Program-made: the position numbers and the translations under genes
The notes under the pieces: generated by a model
Database searches by the model: none
Seen by the model: only the letters and a program-made list of their open reading frames with translations
What the model was told of the DNA's origin: nothing
NCBI GenBank assembly: GCA_023515725.1
Contig: JALDTO010000176.1
Span: 1 to 64,000, forward strand
Reading direction: 5' to 3'
Origin: Amoeboaphelidium protococcarum X5
Lineage: Eukaryota > Fungi > Aphelidiomycota
DNA: 64,000 nucleotides
Shown: in pieces, positions 1 to 16,292 of the stretch
Layout: the number at the start of each line of letters is the position of its first letter
How positions within the stretch are numbered: the stretch's first letter is position 1

Positions 1-85
1 AGGGAGAGAGAGAGGAGTTAATATCTCTGAATTATCGAACGCATAAACTAAAAGATTATCACTTTGATAGAATTAATTAATTGGT

Positions 86-950
86 ATGAGTTCAAATTAA
101 AATAATAGTGCAAGCGAGTCTTTATTAAGAACTTATTTCAAGTTGTCGGATACTGATAACTCTGGTTCTATCTCAGACAGAGAGCTGTAAAAATGTCTTG
201 GCACAGGGGATCAATTCAAGCCATTCGATTTATTCACAGTTTAGTTATTAATGTCACTATTTATAAAGAATACATCTAATACGAATAATAATAATAATCG
301 AGAATAAGGACCGCTCGAGATTAATTATGAAGAGTTCAAATAGCTATGGTAATACATTGCTCAATGGCAAGACGTCTTTGTCCATTATGATTAAGAACGT
401 CGAAATGCTCTCAGCGTGAAACAAGTCACTGCACTGCTTTAATCTTCTGGGTTCTCTCTGTCTGCTGGTGTTATAAATCTTATAGTTACGCGGATTAAAA
501 ATAATAACAGTTTTGCATCCAGTCGTACATCGAGTATATCCTCTCTCATCAATAACGGTCCTGGAGACCAAGACATTGCTGGCGAAGTCTTGTTGGATTT
601 TGATGACTTTATTCACATGTGCATCATAGTTTAAAAAGTGTCCAAAATCTTTCACAAATATGATCCTCAAAAGGTGACTTTTATTGAAATAATTCTTGAT
701 TAAAAAGTGTCTTTGTATTACTATGAATTAAGTGTAGACTGGAACTGCTCATATGAGTTATGACGCGTTTGTGTGGTCAATCTTTGAATTGGTGGAGAAT
801 TTCACGTCAGTTGCGCGTCGTTCAATTAACTCTAACAACAACTGTAGTGGATCCAACGACAATTCGGCCACCGGATAAAATAGTGGTGGTGGAACTTCGC
901 TCTCAATGCCACCAAATCATAGAAAATCGAATTCTGTTCAAGATTATTGA
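86..950 (+). CDS. Penta-EF-hand Ca2+-binding protein (ALG-2/PDCD6/peflin/Pef1 family)
   Basis: With TAR=Q it reads EF-hand DTDNSGSISDRELQ, then INYEEFKQLWQYIAQWQDVF and LDFDDFIHMC...FHKYDPQKTG. Predicted intron 674-737 (GT..TGTAG); TGA at 948-950. Absent from the ORF track. Confidence 0.85.
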
Positions 951-1023
951 TTATAAAAATTGTTACTATAAACTATGCTAATATTCATAATAAGTATCAC
1001 TGTTCATTCATTAATTCATTCAT

Positions 1024-1584
<561 letters not shown>

Positions 1585-1786
1585 ATTTTTATCTACTAAA
1601 TTTATATTGCTAATACAGCAGACCGTATAACGAGTGGTATGCTCAAGTTTCTCTCACAAAGTCTTCTTCTATTACGCGCGAATTGAAAGAAAACAAAATT
1701 ACAGTGAAATGCGCGCGATGGAACGCGAAAATATTTATTTACCACACTAAATAGAATTTAATTTTTAGCATTGTTAAATTTTATTC

Positions 1787-4700
1787 TCAGCTATCATTGT
1801 TGATGCGCTCAAAGTTCTAGATGCTAGCAACTATAGTCTCAATCTCAGCTTCGAAAGCCTTCATCTTTGATGCATCAGCTTCCTGGGCTTCTTTACGCAC
1901 CTTGGCGCTGTACTCTGGTTTGTTCATCTTCTTGACCAACTGCTCCTTTTACACAGACAACTTGTCCATCTTGGTTTGCAATTTCTTGATCTCGGCATCA
2001 ATATCCAGAGATCCTTTAATCATTAGATACGTCTAAGCCATATCTCCAATAGACTAATGGACACATCCATGTGGAACTTGATCAGCTGAATCGACAACGG
2101 AGAGATCAAGCTACTTGGCAAAGCACAATGTCTTCAACACCTGCAGTTAATCTCTTAAAAATCCACCATACTACTTACTGACAACATACACCGTGGCATT
2201 ATTCTTCAAACCATAATCCTGCATGATGGAGCGCACAGATCTACTAACAGATGTTACAATCTCGAAATCCTTATCAGCACTCTCAGCTTCCCATTGCTCT
2301 GTCCATTCAGGATATGGAGAGATCATGATAGATTCAATGCAGTCGCCAGATCTTCTTCCAAGTCTCTGATACAGCTCTTCAGTAACAAACGGCATGAAAG
2401 GATGCAGCAATCTTAATCCTTACTCTAAACAAGTGTACAGCGTATTTCTGACAGAGAGCTTCTAATTCAACACTTCTTAGTTATCGCCATCCTCGGCAGA
2501 GTCAACGATTGGCTTAATAGACTCAATGTACACATCACACAGCTCATTGAGCCAGAATTTATAACAAGCACCAGTGGCAAGACTGAAATTGTAATCACCA
2601 AGCTATTTGTTTACTTCCTTAGTGGCAGCATTCAACCGGTTCAAGATCCACTTCTCCTAAAGCGTCTTGGTAGCGGATACAGACATGACATGAGCATCAG
2701 GTTGGAAATTGTCACCCAGCTTCATCAACGCAAATCTAGTGGCATTCCACAGCTTATTACAAAACTTTCTGTATCCTTCAACTCTCGCAATGTCCATGTT
2801 AATATCTCTGTTGTGGCCAGTGTAATTACAAAGAGTGAATCTAAGCGCATCAGTACCACACTCGGGGATACCTTTCGGGAAGTCTTTACGCTGGCCCTCT
2901 TTAGCCTTGGCCACCTCTTTTGGGTCCAGATTACCTTTCTCGAGCAGAGAATGTAATTTATCTAACGTAGCACCTTCGGTAACATCTACCGGATCAATGA
3001 CATTTCCCAGAGATTTAGACATCTTTCTACCATGAGCATCCCTGACCATTGCGTGACAAAAGACATCTTTGAATGGAACCTACCCAGTCAGCTTACGTCC
3101 AAAGAACACCATACGCGCCACCCAGAAGAAAATGATATCCCATCCAGTCTCGAGCAGAGACGACGGATAGAACAGCTCTAAATCACGAGTCTTTTCAGGC
3201 CAGCCTAGCATAGCGAATGGCCACAATGCTGACGAGAACCAAGTATCCAAAACATCAGGATCTTGTTGCAGGCTTATTTTACCTTAATGTTCAGGAAACT
3301 TCTTTTCAGCTTTCAACATAGCCTCATCAACTGTGCGACCACTCACCCAATAATTACCATCACTCTAGTCTAAATCCTCTTTCCCATCGATGCGGATGAA
3401 ATATGCCGGTATGGTATGTCCCCACCACAGTTGTCTGCTAATGCACCAATCCTAAATATTCTCCATCCACTAGAACCACTCCTTCTCACTGGACTTTGGT
3501 CTGATATTAAGACGACCATCTTTGACCACCTGAATCGCATCTTTAGCCATATCTTGACAATTGACATACCACTAAGGTTTAAGCATAGGCTCAACCACAT
3601 CGCCGGTACGAGAACAGATAGGCAGCACCATCTTATTAGGCTTCGTCTCAATGTACAGCCCCTTCGTCTTCAATGCCTTCAACACCTCCACTCTGGCATC
3701 AAATCTCTTCAAACCTTCAAATGGATATCCGTTGGCATTCAAGAGGCCGTCATCATTCAGAATGTTAATAAACTCCAAATTATGCTTCTTACCAACTTGA
3801 TAATCATTAGGATCGTGAGCAGGTGTAATCTTGACTGCACCAGTACCAAATTCCATGTCCACCATCTCATCCTGAATGATTGGGATCAGTCTATTATTGA
3901 ATGGATGTTTAGCAAATTTACCAGCCAAGTGCTTATAACGCGCGTCCTGAGGATGTACGGCAATTGCAGAGTCACCGAGCATAGTCTCTAGACGAGTGGT
4001 GGCCACAACAATCTTCTCGTCACTATCACTGCCATCAATAGGATAGGCAAAGCTAACGATGGTACCAAATTCATACTTTCTATTCTCGTCATGTCCTGGG
4101 ACGTGCATCAGTGTCTTTCCCTCCAAGTCCTTGTTCTCCACCTCAAGATTACTTAACGCGGTATTCAATTTGCAGCACCAATTCACTAACTTTGTATCTC
4201 TGTAAATAATACCTTCATCGTGTAGACGCACAAAGGTCTCAGTGACAGCATTAACAAACTTTGGATCCATAGTGAAAGTGGCACGACTCCAATCCAGAGA
4301 CGATCCCAGACGCTTCTACTGACCATAAATTCTATTACCATACTCCTCCTTCCACTCAAATACCTTCTTGATAAACTCCTCTCTACCAAGGTCGTGTCTA
4401 GTCAACTTCTACTCCTTCCACAACTTCTTTTCTACCACAACCTGAGTAGAGATACCAGCATGATCACAACCAGGATTATACAAAACACTAAATCCACGCA
4501 TTCGGTGCCATCTAACCAAAGAGTCCTGAATAGATCCAGTCAGAGCATGGCCCAGATGCAGAGAACCAGTTACATTAGGTGGCGGCACAGGAACGACATA
4601 TACTCCTTTACAATCAGCCGGAAGTTATCCATCAGCACCGACACGCGGCTTCAGGTATCCCTACGCCTCCCACCACTAATACCAGCCAGATTCAACTTCT

Positions 4701-4849
4701 TGTGGATGATAGGAATCCTACATTGGACGCGTCATATCCTTCTTCTAGCAAGCCTATGCTTAACCAGAACTTGCGTCAAACTAATTACTTTCTTTGGCCA
4801 CCTGTGCATGTGAATCTTTTACCGTACTCTCTTACTAATTACCAGCCAT
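1787..4849 (-). CDS. VAS1: Valyl-tRNA synthetase
   Basis: Continuous frame when TAR=[16 protein letters not shown] (HIGH-like), [59 protein letters not shown] at 1787-1789. Confidence 0.97.
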
Positions 4850-5040
4850 ATCTTTTTATACTCATAAAATAAATCTAGAAATAACAGCCCTTGATAAATA
4901 AATTTTTTGATAATAGTTCTAAAGTCTAATAGAGTTCTACTAGGAAAGGAAGAGAGATCGTCGTTGTTGAAGTATTGGATCGATCTAAGGTTGTTTGGCT
5001 GCCGCTTTGCAATTCACCATTATGTGAGTGATCAAAGCGC

Positions 5041-5050
5041 GCGCGTCAAA
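5041..5050 (-). promoter_or_regulatory. Candidate promoter element TTTGACGCGC upstream of ValRS
   Basis: Same 10-mer occurs at 16193 and 52968. Lies 192 bp from the ATG. Confidence 0.45.
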
Positions 5051-5174
5051 CTTGAGACGAGCGATCAGAGTTGGAGCATGTTTAAATGAACAAAGACCTG
5101 AAGGGGAAAGGTCAAATAAGACATGATCACGTTACAACGTTTATATAGTATGAATTTACAATGTTCAGATGTCG

Positions 5175-6777
5175 TCAGTAGGTGAAACCAAGAGAACATA
5201 TTAAACAATTGATGCCTTCTTTGTATTGTTATTCGGTTCATCAAGTTCTACGTATCGACATTCCTGAAATGTTGATTCATCTGGAACAACAAAATAGATG
5301 ACATTTGACTTGCACTTTGCCGATACTTCATGCACCAAAGGCTTCAAGTGGCGATCTTTAGTAGTTGAAATCTGAAACATTCCAAAGCCTTAGATCCATA
5401 AATTGATAGCTTCAAACTCATAATTTGGCAGAAAATAGACTCCATTTGAATGAATTGTATTTGGGGGAGATACGCGTCCTCCAGATTCGAAAAGTCTTTA
5501 ATAACATAAGGCGCGCGAGGAATTTTAACAGTCTTAACATTACGACTCATCTCATTATCCTTGGTCAGCAATCGTCTTTTGAAGGAACCGCCCTTGATCA
5601 AAATATCACGGCAAAGATTTTCGTATAACTACCCACGCAGGCCCGCAAGACGAGAGTACTGAGAGGATGACATATAAAGAAATTGCTCCAATTAATGCCT
5701 ACCAACACGCGTCAACAATTCATACACCTTTATGGATACATATCTCGACGCGTAACAAGGTTTAAAGTCGCGGAAATCTTCAGTTGCAGCATAAAGAATT
5801 AGTATATGAGCAGTATTTTCCATTTGACCACCTTCAGGCCATACTAACAGTTCAGAAATTTTAATGCTGCCCAGTGCATTTAATACAATTCTCTCAGCCT
5901 ATTCGAATGTATAAAAGAGTTACCGGGGAACTCCACCGAGAATAGCAAATCTATGCTTTAACATACTCATATCATAACGAAGCCCAAGTAATGCCACGAC
6001 TTATTCCACCTCCTTCCAACTCCATAGAGGCATATAATAGAACGGAGAGGCGTTTTTGCATATTGATTAGCACATCTTAATCCAGGAGCGACAGTAAGTA
6101 TGGTCATAGCACATGATATGGAACCAGGATCAAGTGAATCAACCAAATAATACCAGTCGTCACCTTTGGGAAACTTGAGTGTAACATCTGGGTTCATCCT
6201 TCTGGAGTACCGTACGTACTGGCTCCTCTGCTTCGCAATCCCATAGTAGGCGCCTTTTTTTGACAAAAAAGACAAAGTCCAGGTGGTTTCAAAAAACCAC
6301 CTGTTAAGTAAACACATCTGGACACCATCAGGTGAAATTATAAACTTGTGCTTAGCGATGGATAGGCCCAAAAACACAGTCTTGCCGTATTCGGTGACAA
6401 GACGGTAGGCACAGTATATCAAAAAGAGCGTCTTTCCAATCCTAGGCACTGACCAATACCTTCCATTGTGGTGGGTTTCCATTGTTGTAGATGGCATTAA
6501 ATATTTTGACGTACGCGTCACGAACAAATATTCGGTCCACCTAATTGATGTAAGGGCCGAGTGACGCGCCAATATTAACAACTTTTGCATTTTAATAATT
6601 TGCTCTAAACATGGATGCTAGTGGGATAATTTCAAAGTTTTGGCCATCACCAACACCGAATGCACATGATCCACTATACCCTGAAATAGCGGAAGTTGGA
6701 TGTAGGTGATTGTGGATAAAATTTCCCTTAACAGTGCCCGCAGTCTCCTTCCATTGAGCTCTATTAAGACGCATCAT
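5175..6777 (-). pseudogene. Crinkler (CRN)-type P-loop NTPase + restriction-endonuclease-fold gene, frameshifted
   Basis: Blocks in CRN order but in different frames: IFVRDAY, KVLVS/(P)RIGKTLFL, YYMPLWSW.E, RFAILGGVPR, YASRY, GQLYE..C.DILIKGGSF.RR.L, FEAI, MFQIS, IYFVVPD. Frameshifts near 6445, 6045, 5665 and 5465. Confidence 0.7.
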
Positions 6778-7079
6778 CTACTCAAATGTAAAAATGTCCT
6801 AATCTAATTGATTGACGAGATCGACCAGCTTCAGCCTTTTCAATAACGCAATAAGAGTGTCTTTAGTTGGACTCATCATTAAATGTATGCTGATATTTTC
6901 TATGTTTTAAAGACGTATAGAAATCGACTCAAACTCTTACAGTGATACCACTTCGTTGCCTCTATCATCGCTAACGCACTCAATAACGCGTGCTTGCCAA
7001 TTTCTCTAATGGCTTTTCTCATCTCGCTCATTCAAAGTTCTTACTGCGATTATATTAAAGGGTTAGAGAAGCTGCTGTT

Positions 7080-10000
7080 ATGGAATGCCCGACATTTATC
7101 TCTGACGCGCTCGAGGAGATTGACTTGGCATGTAAAGAGCATCTTGAAGGGAATGGATATGCATTTAGAACTCTGTAAAAGTATAACTCGCTTTAGAACG
7201 CTACTTTGCAATTGGCTCTGATTTCTTATGCTTCCAAGTCTGATAATGACGTGATACTTTATAGTACGCTGACTGCACTTGATATAAATAAAATGGTGTT
7301 GGAGCGCGTATTAAATCGACTAATTTTATCTAGATCTGTATTGCTGTATTGGGTATGTTAATCACGATGTAATCTGAGTACTGATGCACAATTGTCGATA
7401 ATTGCTCATTGTAATCCGATATTTTTTACTGACTTGAATTAACTTGTACATTGTGGATCAGGCTATGAAGTTCTTACGCATGCATTTAAGATGGTTTAAT
7501 TCAATCTTGAAGAGTTTCGTAGTATTTTACACCATTTGTAGTAGAAAGGATATGATAATGATGGAGCGGTCATGAATTTAATATTAGCTAGTGAGTACTC
7601 CAAGACTTTGGTACGGTATTTGTAGCAACTTGTCACTATGGATGATTAGTTTGCTCTATCTGTTATGGTTCTCGTATGTGCATCAGACGACCAAGTGTTA
7701 AAGTCTTCTAGAGCATCTAACAGGTCTGCTTTACTGCGAGTTCTCTCTAATTGGAATAAAAGTTCAGACTCATCATCTGATAATAATAGTATTAAAGTTT
7801 CAACTCTGCAAAAAATCTTGTCCACCTGGAGTTAAATTGACTGCCATCATTTGGATGTTATCTTGGAGATGATTGCGTCTTTGGTAAAGTAGACGGATAT
7901 TGGCGATTTACTGAGATTGTCCATTTAGTTCTGTATGCAGAATGATTTGCCTGGTCGGAGGTTAACAAATATCTTGATACAGTCGGATTATTAAGATTAT
8001 GCTGCACATGGATTACAATTGGAATGGCTGTTATTGAAATAGTTTACTTGTAATGATTTTCTGCATCCAGCGTGGGTGAATCTTGAATTGGTTGTCCGTT
8101 ATCTGTGTAAATTATTCATCTAACTGTTATCAAAGGATTCAGACTAGAAGAGTATGGTCTTGATATAGGATTGCATTAAAACAGTGACTATCAGGATGGA
8201 GAATGAAAGTGGTGCACCTGTAGAGGTTTTGTCTGATCTGGTTTTACAATGTTCGCAATTGTCTATATCATCATTTGAACAATGTTTATAATTGCTTACT
8301 CAGCTCTAACTCTCATAGACGGATTATTATGAAGTATTTAATCCGATCTGGACCCAGATTTATGAGTAGAGTGATAAAGTCAGTGCTCTGTTTCGATTTG
8401 CATCTGATGAAGTGAAAATGCAGCTACTCTAATTTAATGATTCTAGCCTATCACAAGCATATATTGCGAACGGATAGAGTATGGTAGTAATATTGTAACT
8501 CAATCTTCAGCAGAACAATCATCAGCAGATTTCTATACTTTTCAAGTCGGTGTTGGATTTGAATGAAATTGGAGTCATTACCGAGGCTCTAAAGCATCTA
8601 TATATTTACGCTGTTACTAAAGATGAATAGCTATAAAATGATTATTGGATTGGTATTGTCTCTGGCTGTTGTGATTACATCATTAATGACAGAGTATCAA
8701 AGCTGGTAGATGCTCAATCTTCGTAGAAAGACGAGTTACTGCGGTAGATCATTGAGTTTTTGTTAGTTATGACCAATTTAGTATTGCCTAAGCAGGTATC
8801 CGAGAATATCTTTATAACATTCCGACAATGTCTCGGTAATTAGAATGTTAGTCCTTTGTGTATACATGGACTTTCAGTGATGATTTATACCATGTCTATA
8901 TCTTTGAAGAAGAACTTATAGAGCATTCTTTTCAAGCTGAGCCAGATTATGTCAAGCGCATGGACCAGTGTGCATATGTTAGAACTCCTCAACATTCTCT
9001 GCTCTTATCCGGATCTCTATGGACACTTTACCGAAAATGATTACAAGTTGGTACTGGGTATAGCTGTGAAGTTTATCGAGTATTATTAGAGCTAGGCGCA
9101 GAAAAGGAAGTCTGTCGATCTGTAATAGTCTGCGCAGGCGCTGGATAAGAGTTTGAGAGATGACGTGTTTGCAGAGTATGTCCTAGTCTTGGCTTACACT
9201 GTGATCAGAAGTTGGATTCCTCGAGTTCCTGACCACTTGCGCGACTCTGTTTATAGATTTACTATTCAGGCGTTGAGTAATATCAGCCAGTCGTCTGAGC
9301 TTGTATTGAACAAGGAAAAGATTGATGTGTGCTTATAGATGCTATAACAGCGCTAATAGATATATGGAGAATTGCATTAGTAAAGTGTGCATGATCAAAA
9401 GGATACAGTGGAAAGAAAGTTGTACTCGGATGGTCTATAACTGATAAGTCTATCACTATTGAAGAACTCTTCTTTAAAAGTTGAAATTCGAACTTCATAT
9501 AATTATCAACTGCGTGTGATTAAATATTTTGAACTGATGGAGAATCAAATTGCTGACAACAACTTGGTATCTGTTGAGAATATTGCCCAACTTAATCAGG
9601 AAAAGTTATGTGGAATTATGCAATTCAGTATTTCAACTGAAATACTATAATTAAACGATACTGTTGATAGAATGATATCTGTAATGGATCGAATGTTTTA
9701 CAAAGATGCGCATAAGATTGCTGTTTTGTATGTAGGTCCTGGCCAGAGTAGTTAGTAAGAGATTCTCGCCAACTCTTATGGATCTGTGCAGTATAACGAT
9801 TTTTTGAATAATCTGGGCGCGTGGTCGTTTCTTAAAGATGCCAAATCTAATAATGTCTTTACTGGCGGATTGGATACGTCTGAAGACCAGCTTGATGGAA
9901 AGTTTGTGATCACTCACGTTGACAATGTGTAACAGTGTGTATTCCATGTCGCCACTTTGATGCCAACTAATACAGATTCTGATCCATAATTGGTGTCAAA

Positions 10001-10403
10001 GAAACGACATATAGGCAATGACTTTGTTAGAATTGTCTGGGATTACTCTGGTACGGATAAGTTTGACTTGGACACCGTGTCGGGCCAGTTCAATTTTGTG
10101 AACATTATAATCAGACCCACTAACAAGTCAGGTTGTTTCAAAGTGCAACTGCAGAAGAGGTCAGATATGCCAGCATTCAGTCCACTATGTGAAGAGAAGA
10201 TATTTACAAAGCTGCCGGACCTGGTCTCGTTCGTCAGACACATTGCCATCTAGGCTAATATATTTGCTCAGGTTTGTCTCCAGCTTCTCGGCGTTGGACT
10301 TTCTCGGAATAGCAGTAATAATAAGCGTCTTGAGTATATCGATTCCCGGGTAGAAAGGCTCCGGTTAATACGTCGAATTATTAACAGCTCTGGTAATCAA
10401 TGA
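7080..10403 (+). CDS. TSC2: Tuberin-like Rheb GAP (C-terminal RapGAP domain)
   Basis: Frame open from about 6894 to TGA 10401-10403; first in-frame ATG is 7080, so the start is uncertain. HKIAVLYVGPGQ, GGLD, VFHVATLMPT, KKRHIGNDFV, GQFNFVNIIIRP. Confidence 0.82.
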
Positions 10404-10661
10404 CATACTCTCATGTATAGTACACCAGGTACGACTTTTTCTTGTTACTCCTTAAACAAAAGTTTCTACCAGTTGATCACTTTAAAACTACTTAGATCTC
10501 GTTTCAAATCTCTGTACGCGAACGACTTTCTCAAACTTTTCGTTTCATCTTGCCTTTCTTCTTTCATTAAGAGTTGTTGTTGTAAAACTTTATTGACATA
10601 ATTGTCGCGTTTTATTGTGGTAATATTGAGTATATTAAGTATTAAGAATAGATATAGCTAG

Positions 10662-11696
10662 ATGACGCGCATTGATGATCTGCAAAAGTAATTGGAGTTG
10701 GATTAGCACGACAGTGTTGGTTAATTGGGGCTCTTTTCATCCAATGATGACGACTATCTATGTAATCAATTGGGCATCACTGTGAATGAATTTTAATCTA
10801 TTAGGAGCATAATTGCATTCGAAATTGCGCCTAAGTCTTTGAATCTTTTGGATTTGGGAGAGGAATATCTCATTACTGGGAATGTGTGGCTGGATTCTCT
10901 ATTTGCCTCCCATGGTATTCCCAGAGGACAGCTGATCGAAGTTGTCGGAGAAGCTGGCTGTGGTAAGAGTCAATTGGCCATTTGGACTGCAATTCAAGTG
11001 ATAAAAACATTTGATCCATCCAGTGATGATAAAGTTCTGTACGTGTCTATTAACAAGCCGTTTCCTATTAAAAGACTCGAGCATTATTTCAGTTCTGACT
11101 AGAGTCAACATTAACATTTGATGGATAAAATGTTGATCATCAACTGCTATGACACTGAGAGCCTGTTAATCTTGACTTCAAAACTTGTAGATATGGTTGA
11201 ATAATACAACATTAAGATGGTGGTCTTTGACTCGATTGCCGCGGTTCTGCGGTATCCTTATGATACAATGGCTGATGGAGGTTCGTGTTATGTCAGCTCC
11301 TAAGACGCGATTCATCAGTTTGCATCTACTCTGCAGTCTGTTACTAGAGATAAGAACATTATAGCTATTTGTGTGAATTAAGTGAGCTCTATCATTAAAG
11401 AAATCCCGGATTATAATAGTACTGCATTTATACCTGACAATATCTCAACTGCTAATAAGTTGAAACCGGCCCTGGGTGATGCATGGTAGTCTTATGTGAG
11501 GATTTAATTGTGGGTGAAGAAAGCCGGTCATGGTGTCCGCTAGATTATAGTCGAGAATAGTCTGGTATCATCATCTGCTTAAAGTGAATGTAAGTTCACT
11601 ATAGGTGATACTTTCTCGTTGATCGTTCCTCAGAACAGCGATGTAATTGTAAATCAAGAGGATCCTTTGGTAGCTGGTTGTCATGGTGCTGTCTGA
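10662..11696 (+). CDS. Rad51 paralog, Rad57/XRCC3-like
   Basis: Walker A GEAGCGKSQL, Walker B MVVFDSIAA, conserved NQV (Q=TAA 11379), PALG.AW. TGA at 11694-11696. Confidence 0.88.
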
Positions 11697-11763
11697 ACTC
11701 AATTTCTCTCCTTCTAAATGTTCTTGTATCCCTTGGAACTATTTCTACGTAATTGAGGTTGAT

Positions 11764-13800
<2,037 letters not shown>

Positions 13801-13910
13801 TATAAAATTTCATTCTCATTTAGCTTGTGTTTATGTCTTTTACTTGAACAGTTTTGTGAAAACGTATTTGGAAGATTCAAATTTTAGTTCCCTCGGCTAA
13901 AGATCACAAA

Positions 13911-14639
13911 ATGAGCAATGAAATATCTGAATAATAGAAGCCCGGCAATGTAAAACTTGATAGCAAAGATAGAGACAAGTAGCACAAGTAATGTTAATAA
14001 TGGAAGGGAAATATACTTAAACACAGTAATGATTAATTCATAAAGACGCGTTTTATTGACGAGACATCGATCGGCGTGTTGTAGACAATGTCATGAAATT
14101 TATGATGAACTAGATGGAGAAAATATCATGCGCCATGAAGGATCAACATTTTATCTGTAGACCATGCGAAGATGTTGTCGGTGGGCATTTCGCGCAAAAT
14201 GAAGGTGTAAGTATGATTATATTTCACGAGTATTGTGATGATCATGATGTTCTGATGGAGCACCTTAATCATGTAGATCGTTCTCTGCGAGAATCGGTTA
14301 TAAACAGAAACTTAGATGGCGGAAACTATGGTGCACGAGACTATTCACGCGTTCGATCACTGTCGGGCCAAGGTGGAGTGGGAATCTAATTGTGCGCATC
14401 ACGCCTGCTCAGAGATCAGGGCTGCCAACTTGAGCGGCGACTGCCGGATTTGGAATGAATTCGGTCGCGGTCATTTGTGGGATTTCAGGTTGGCCAAGAA
14501 GCATTAGGATTGTGTTAGACGGCGCGCACTTCTCTCGATCAAAATGAATCCAGTGTGCGGCGATAATGCTGAACAAGTACTGGATAGCGTATTTGCTAAG
14601 TGTTTTCATGATCTAGAACCGTTTGATGAAATATATTGA
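13911..14639 (+). CDS. ATP23: Mitochondrial metalloprotease Atp23 (peptidase M76)
   Basis: [11 protein letters not shown] (HExxH), [35 protein letters not shown]. Introns 14026-14084 and 14207-14276. Confidence 0.93.
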
Positions 14640-14680
14640 TCAATCATCATCTTCATTATACTAAAGTGTGTATTCAGTTA

Positions 14681-16000
14681 TCACTTTTTTAAGAATAACT
14701 TCACCGTCTCATCACTCTAGATTGCCTCTTTCACATCCTCTTCTGGAACATTCAGACATATCTACAGCGAGAGATCATCATTGAAGCCATGCTAATTTTT
14801 TGACTGTACTATAAGAATCCTCAGCTACCCAAGCGATGATACCACAGATACGAAGCTACTATATGAAGGAGGGGATACATTATGAGATCTACACAGACCG
14901 ACAGCTTTCTTAAAGAGTTGGCCCATAGCCACATCTGATACTCCATACTGGCTGATAAGATACAGAATGGAGCATAAAGTGATTTTTTAATGAAGTGATG
15001 CAGCCTGCTTCAGGAAAATAGATGTCGGCGTGGAGTACATGGAAGCATAGATGGCATTAACCAGTTGAACAGTGACGGCAGATTCATTACTACGCGCTGC
15101 ATCCACACAGCGACGACAGATTTCTAGAGCTCGCCTAGCATCACCAGAAACTGAAGCCACACGTCTAGCACATAGAGTTATAGCATTACTTTCAAATAAT
15201 TTAACATCAGTTTTTCCTTTTAAATTTAATAGCAGATTCCCTACTCTATCCTGACATATCTACTCTATCTGCTCATATGTATAGGCCATAAATTCCACTC
15301 TTCTCAATCCCAACCTAGAATTATTCTTATTGGTAAGAGTGCGTTCAGGTAGATCCATAGTATTAGCTATAGCCAGCACAATCAGAGGAGCATGTTGACG
15401 ATTCTTGGACTTTGCAGGAAGATTGGGCCAATTGAAGAAATTATAAATCAGATCCTGCTTCTTGGTGATAAGTTGATCCATCTCATCCATGACAACTACG
15501 ACTGGAGATAGATTAGTACTCTTTATACCAGAGCCTCCAGTGTGATGATAGTAGTCGTCCAGTAAATGTTGAGCCTGATTAGCAGACACCTTGCGCTTAT
15601 TCTAAGTATCTCCAGCAAGACATTTCCACAGCAAAGTATATGCCATACCTGGATCTGCCAAAGTCATTCCATTAATTTCACAGTCACGAAATTTGAGCGG
15701 CTCTTCCGTATCACACTTCAACTACCGCAACACTTCTCGCGTGGTGGACGTCTTACAAGTTCCCGGAACACCACTAATGTATATACAGCAGCCAGTACCA
15801 TCTTTGATAGCAGATTTCAAGTGTTACTTGATCTATGCCAGGTGAGGATCTCTATGAGGGAAAGCGCCGTCCTGTAATGAATAGTTGGCAGATAGTCTCT
15901 CCATAGCTTCATTGTACACATCAGTCACAACCTTGGTCTTCTTCTTGGACGGCGTGCCTTTCTGAGAATTAGTATCAAGTTTTCGTTTAGTTGGCGGCAT
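14681..16000 (-). CDS. ORC1: Origin recognition complex subunit 1 (AAA+ and winged helix; no BAH domain)
   Basis: CIYISGVPGTCKT, EINGM, MDEMDQLITKKQDLIYNFFNWP, IANTMDLPER, SRLG, VSGDARRALEICRR. 439 aa. Confidence 0.88.
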
Positions 16001-16192
16001 ATTTTCCCTGACTAAATATAGAACGAAGATTAAAATGATATTATGAGTTTAAGAAAGACGACTACTGTAGTACTGTATTGCAGTTGATAGAAAGTCTTCA
16101 AAATGGAGAAATTGAAGAACTGAAACGTGAAATTTTCGTTTCAGAAAATGTGAAACTGCAAGGAGATAGAGATTCCAGTGCTTCTGTAATAA

Positions 16193-16202
16193 GCGCGTCA
16201 AA
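16193..16202 (-). promoter_or_regulatory. Candidate promoter element TTTGACGCGC in the ORC1/UBZ divergent promoter
   Basis: 193 bp from the ORC1 ATG; MCB/E2F-like CGCG core. Confidence 0.45.
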
Positions 16203-16292
16203 TGTTGGGTCTTTTGAGACTGAAACAATTGAGAGGATTACAACGATCATCATTGGTTAGTTCTCATCGTAGTGATATTTCACTAATTAATC

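Noticed and set aside
344-670. Track ORF on the minus strand, and other antisense ORFs such as 3416-3991 and 42518-43162
   Set aside because: These are shadows of real genes on the opposite strand and have no motifs of their own.
1787-4849. Mass pseudogenisation or poor sequence quality as the cause of in-frame stops
   Set aside because: Only TAA/TAG interrupt the frames, never TGA; there are no frameshifts; and they fall on conserved Gln sites in essential genes.
4850-5020. Upstream in-frame ATG (5020) as a mitochondrial presequence for ValRS
   Set aside because: An in-frame TGA lies five codons before ATG 4849.
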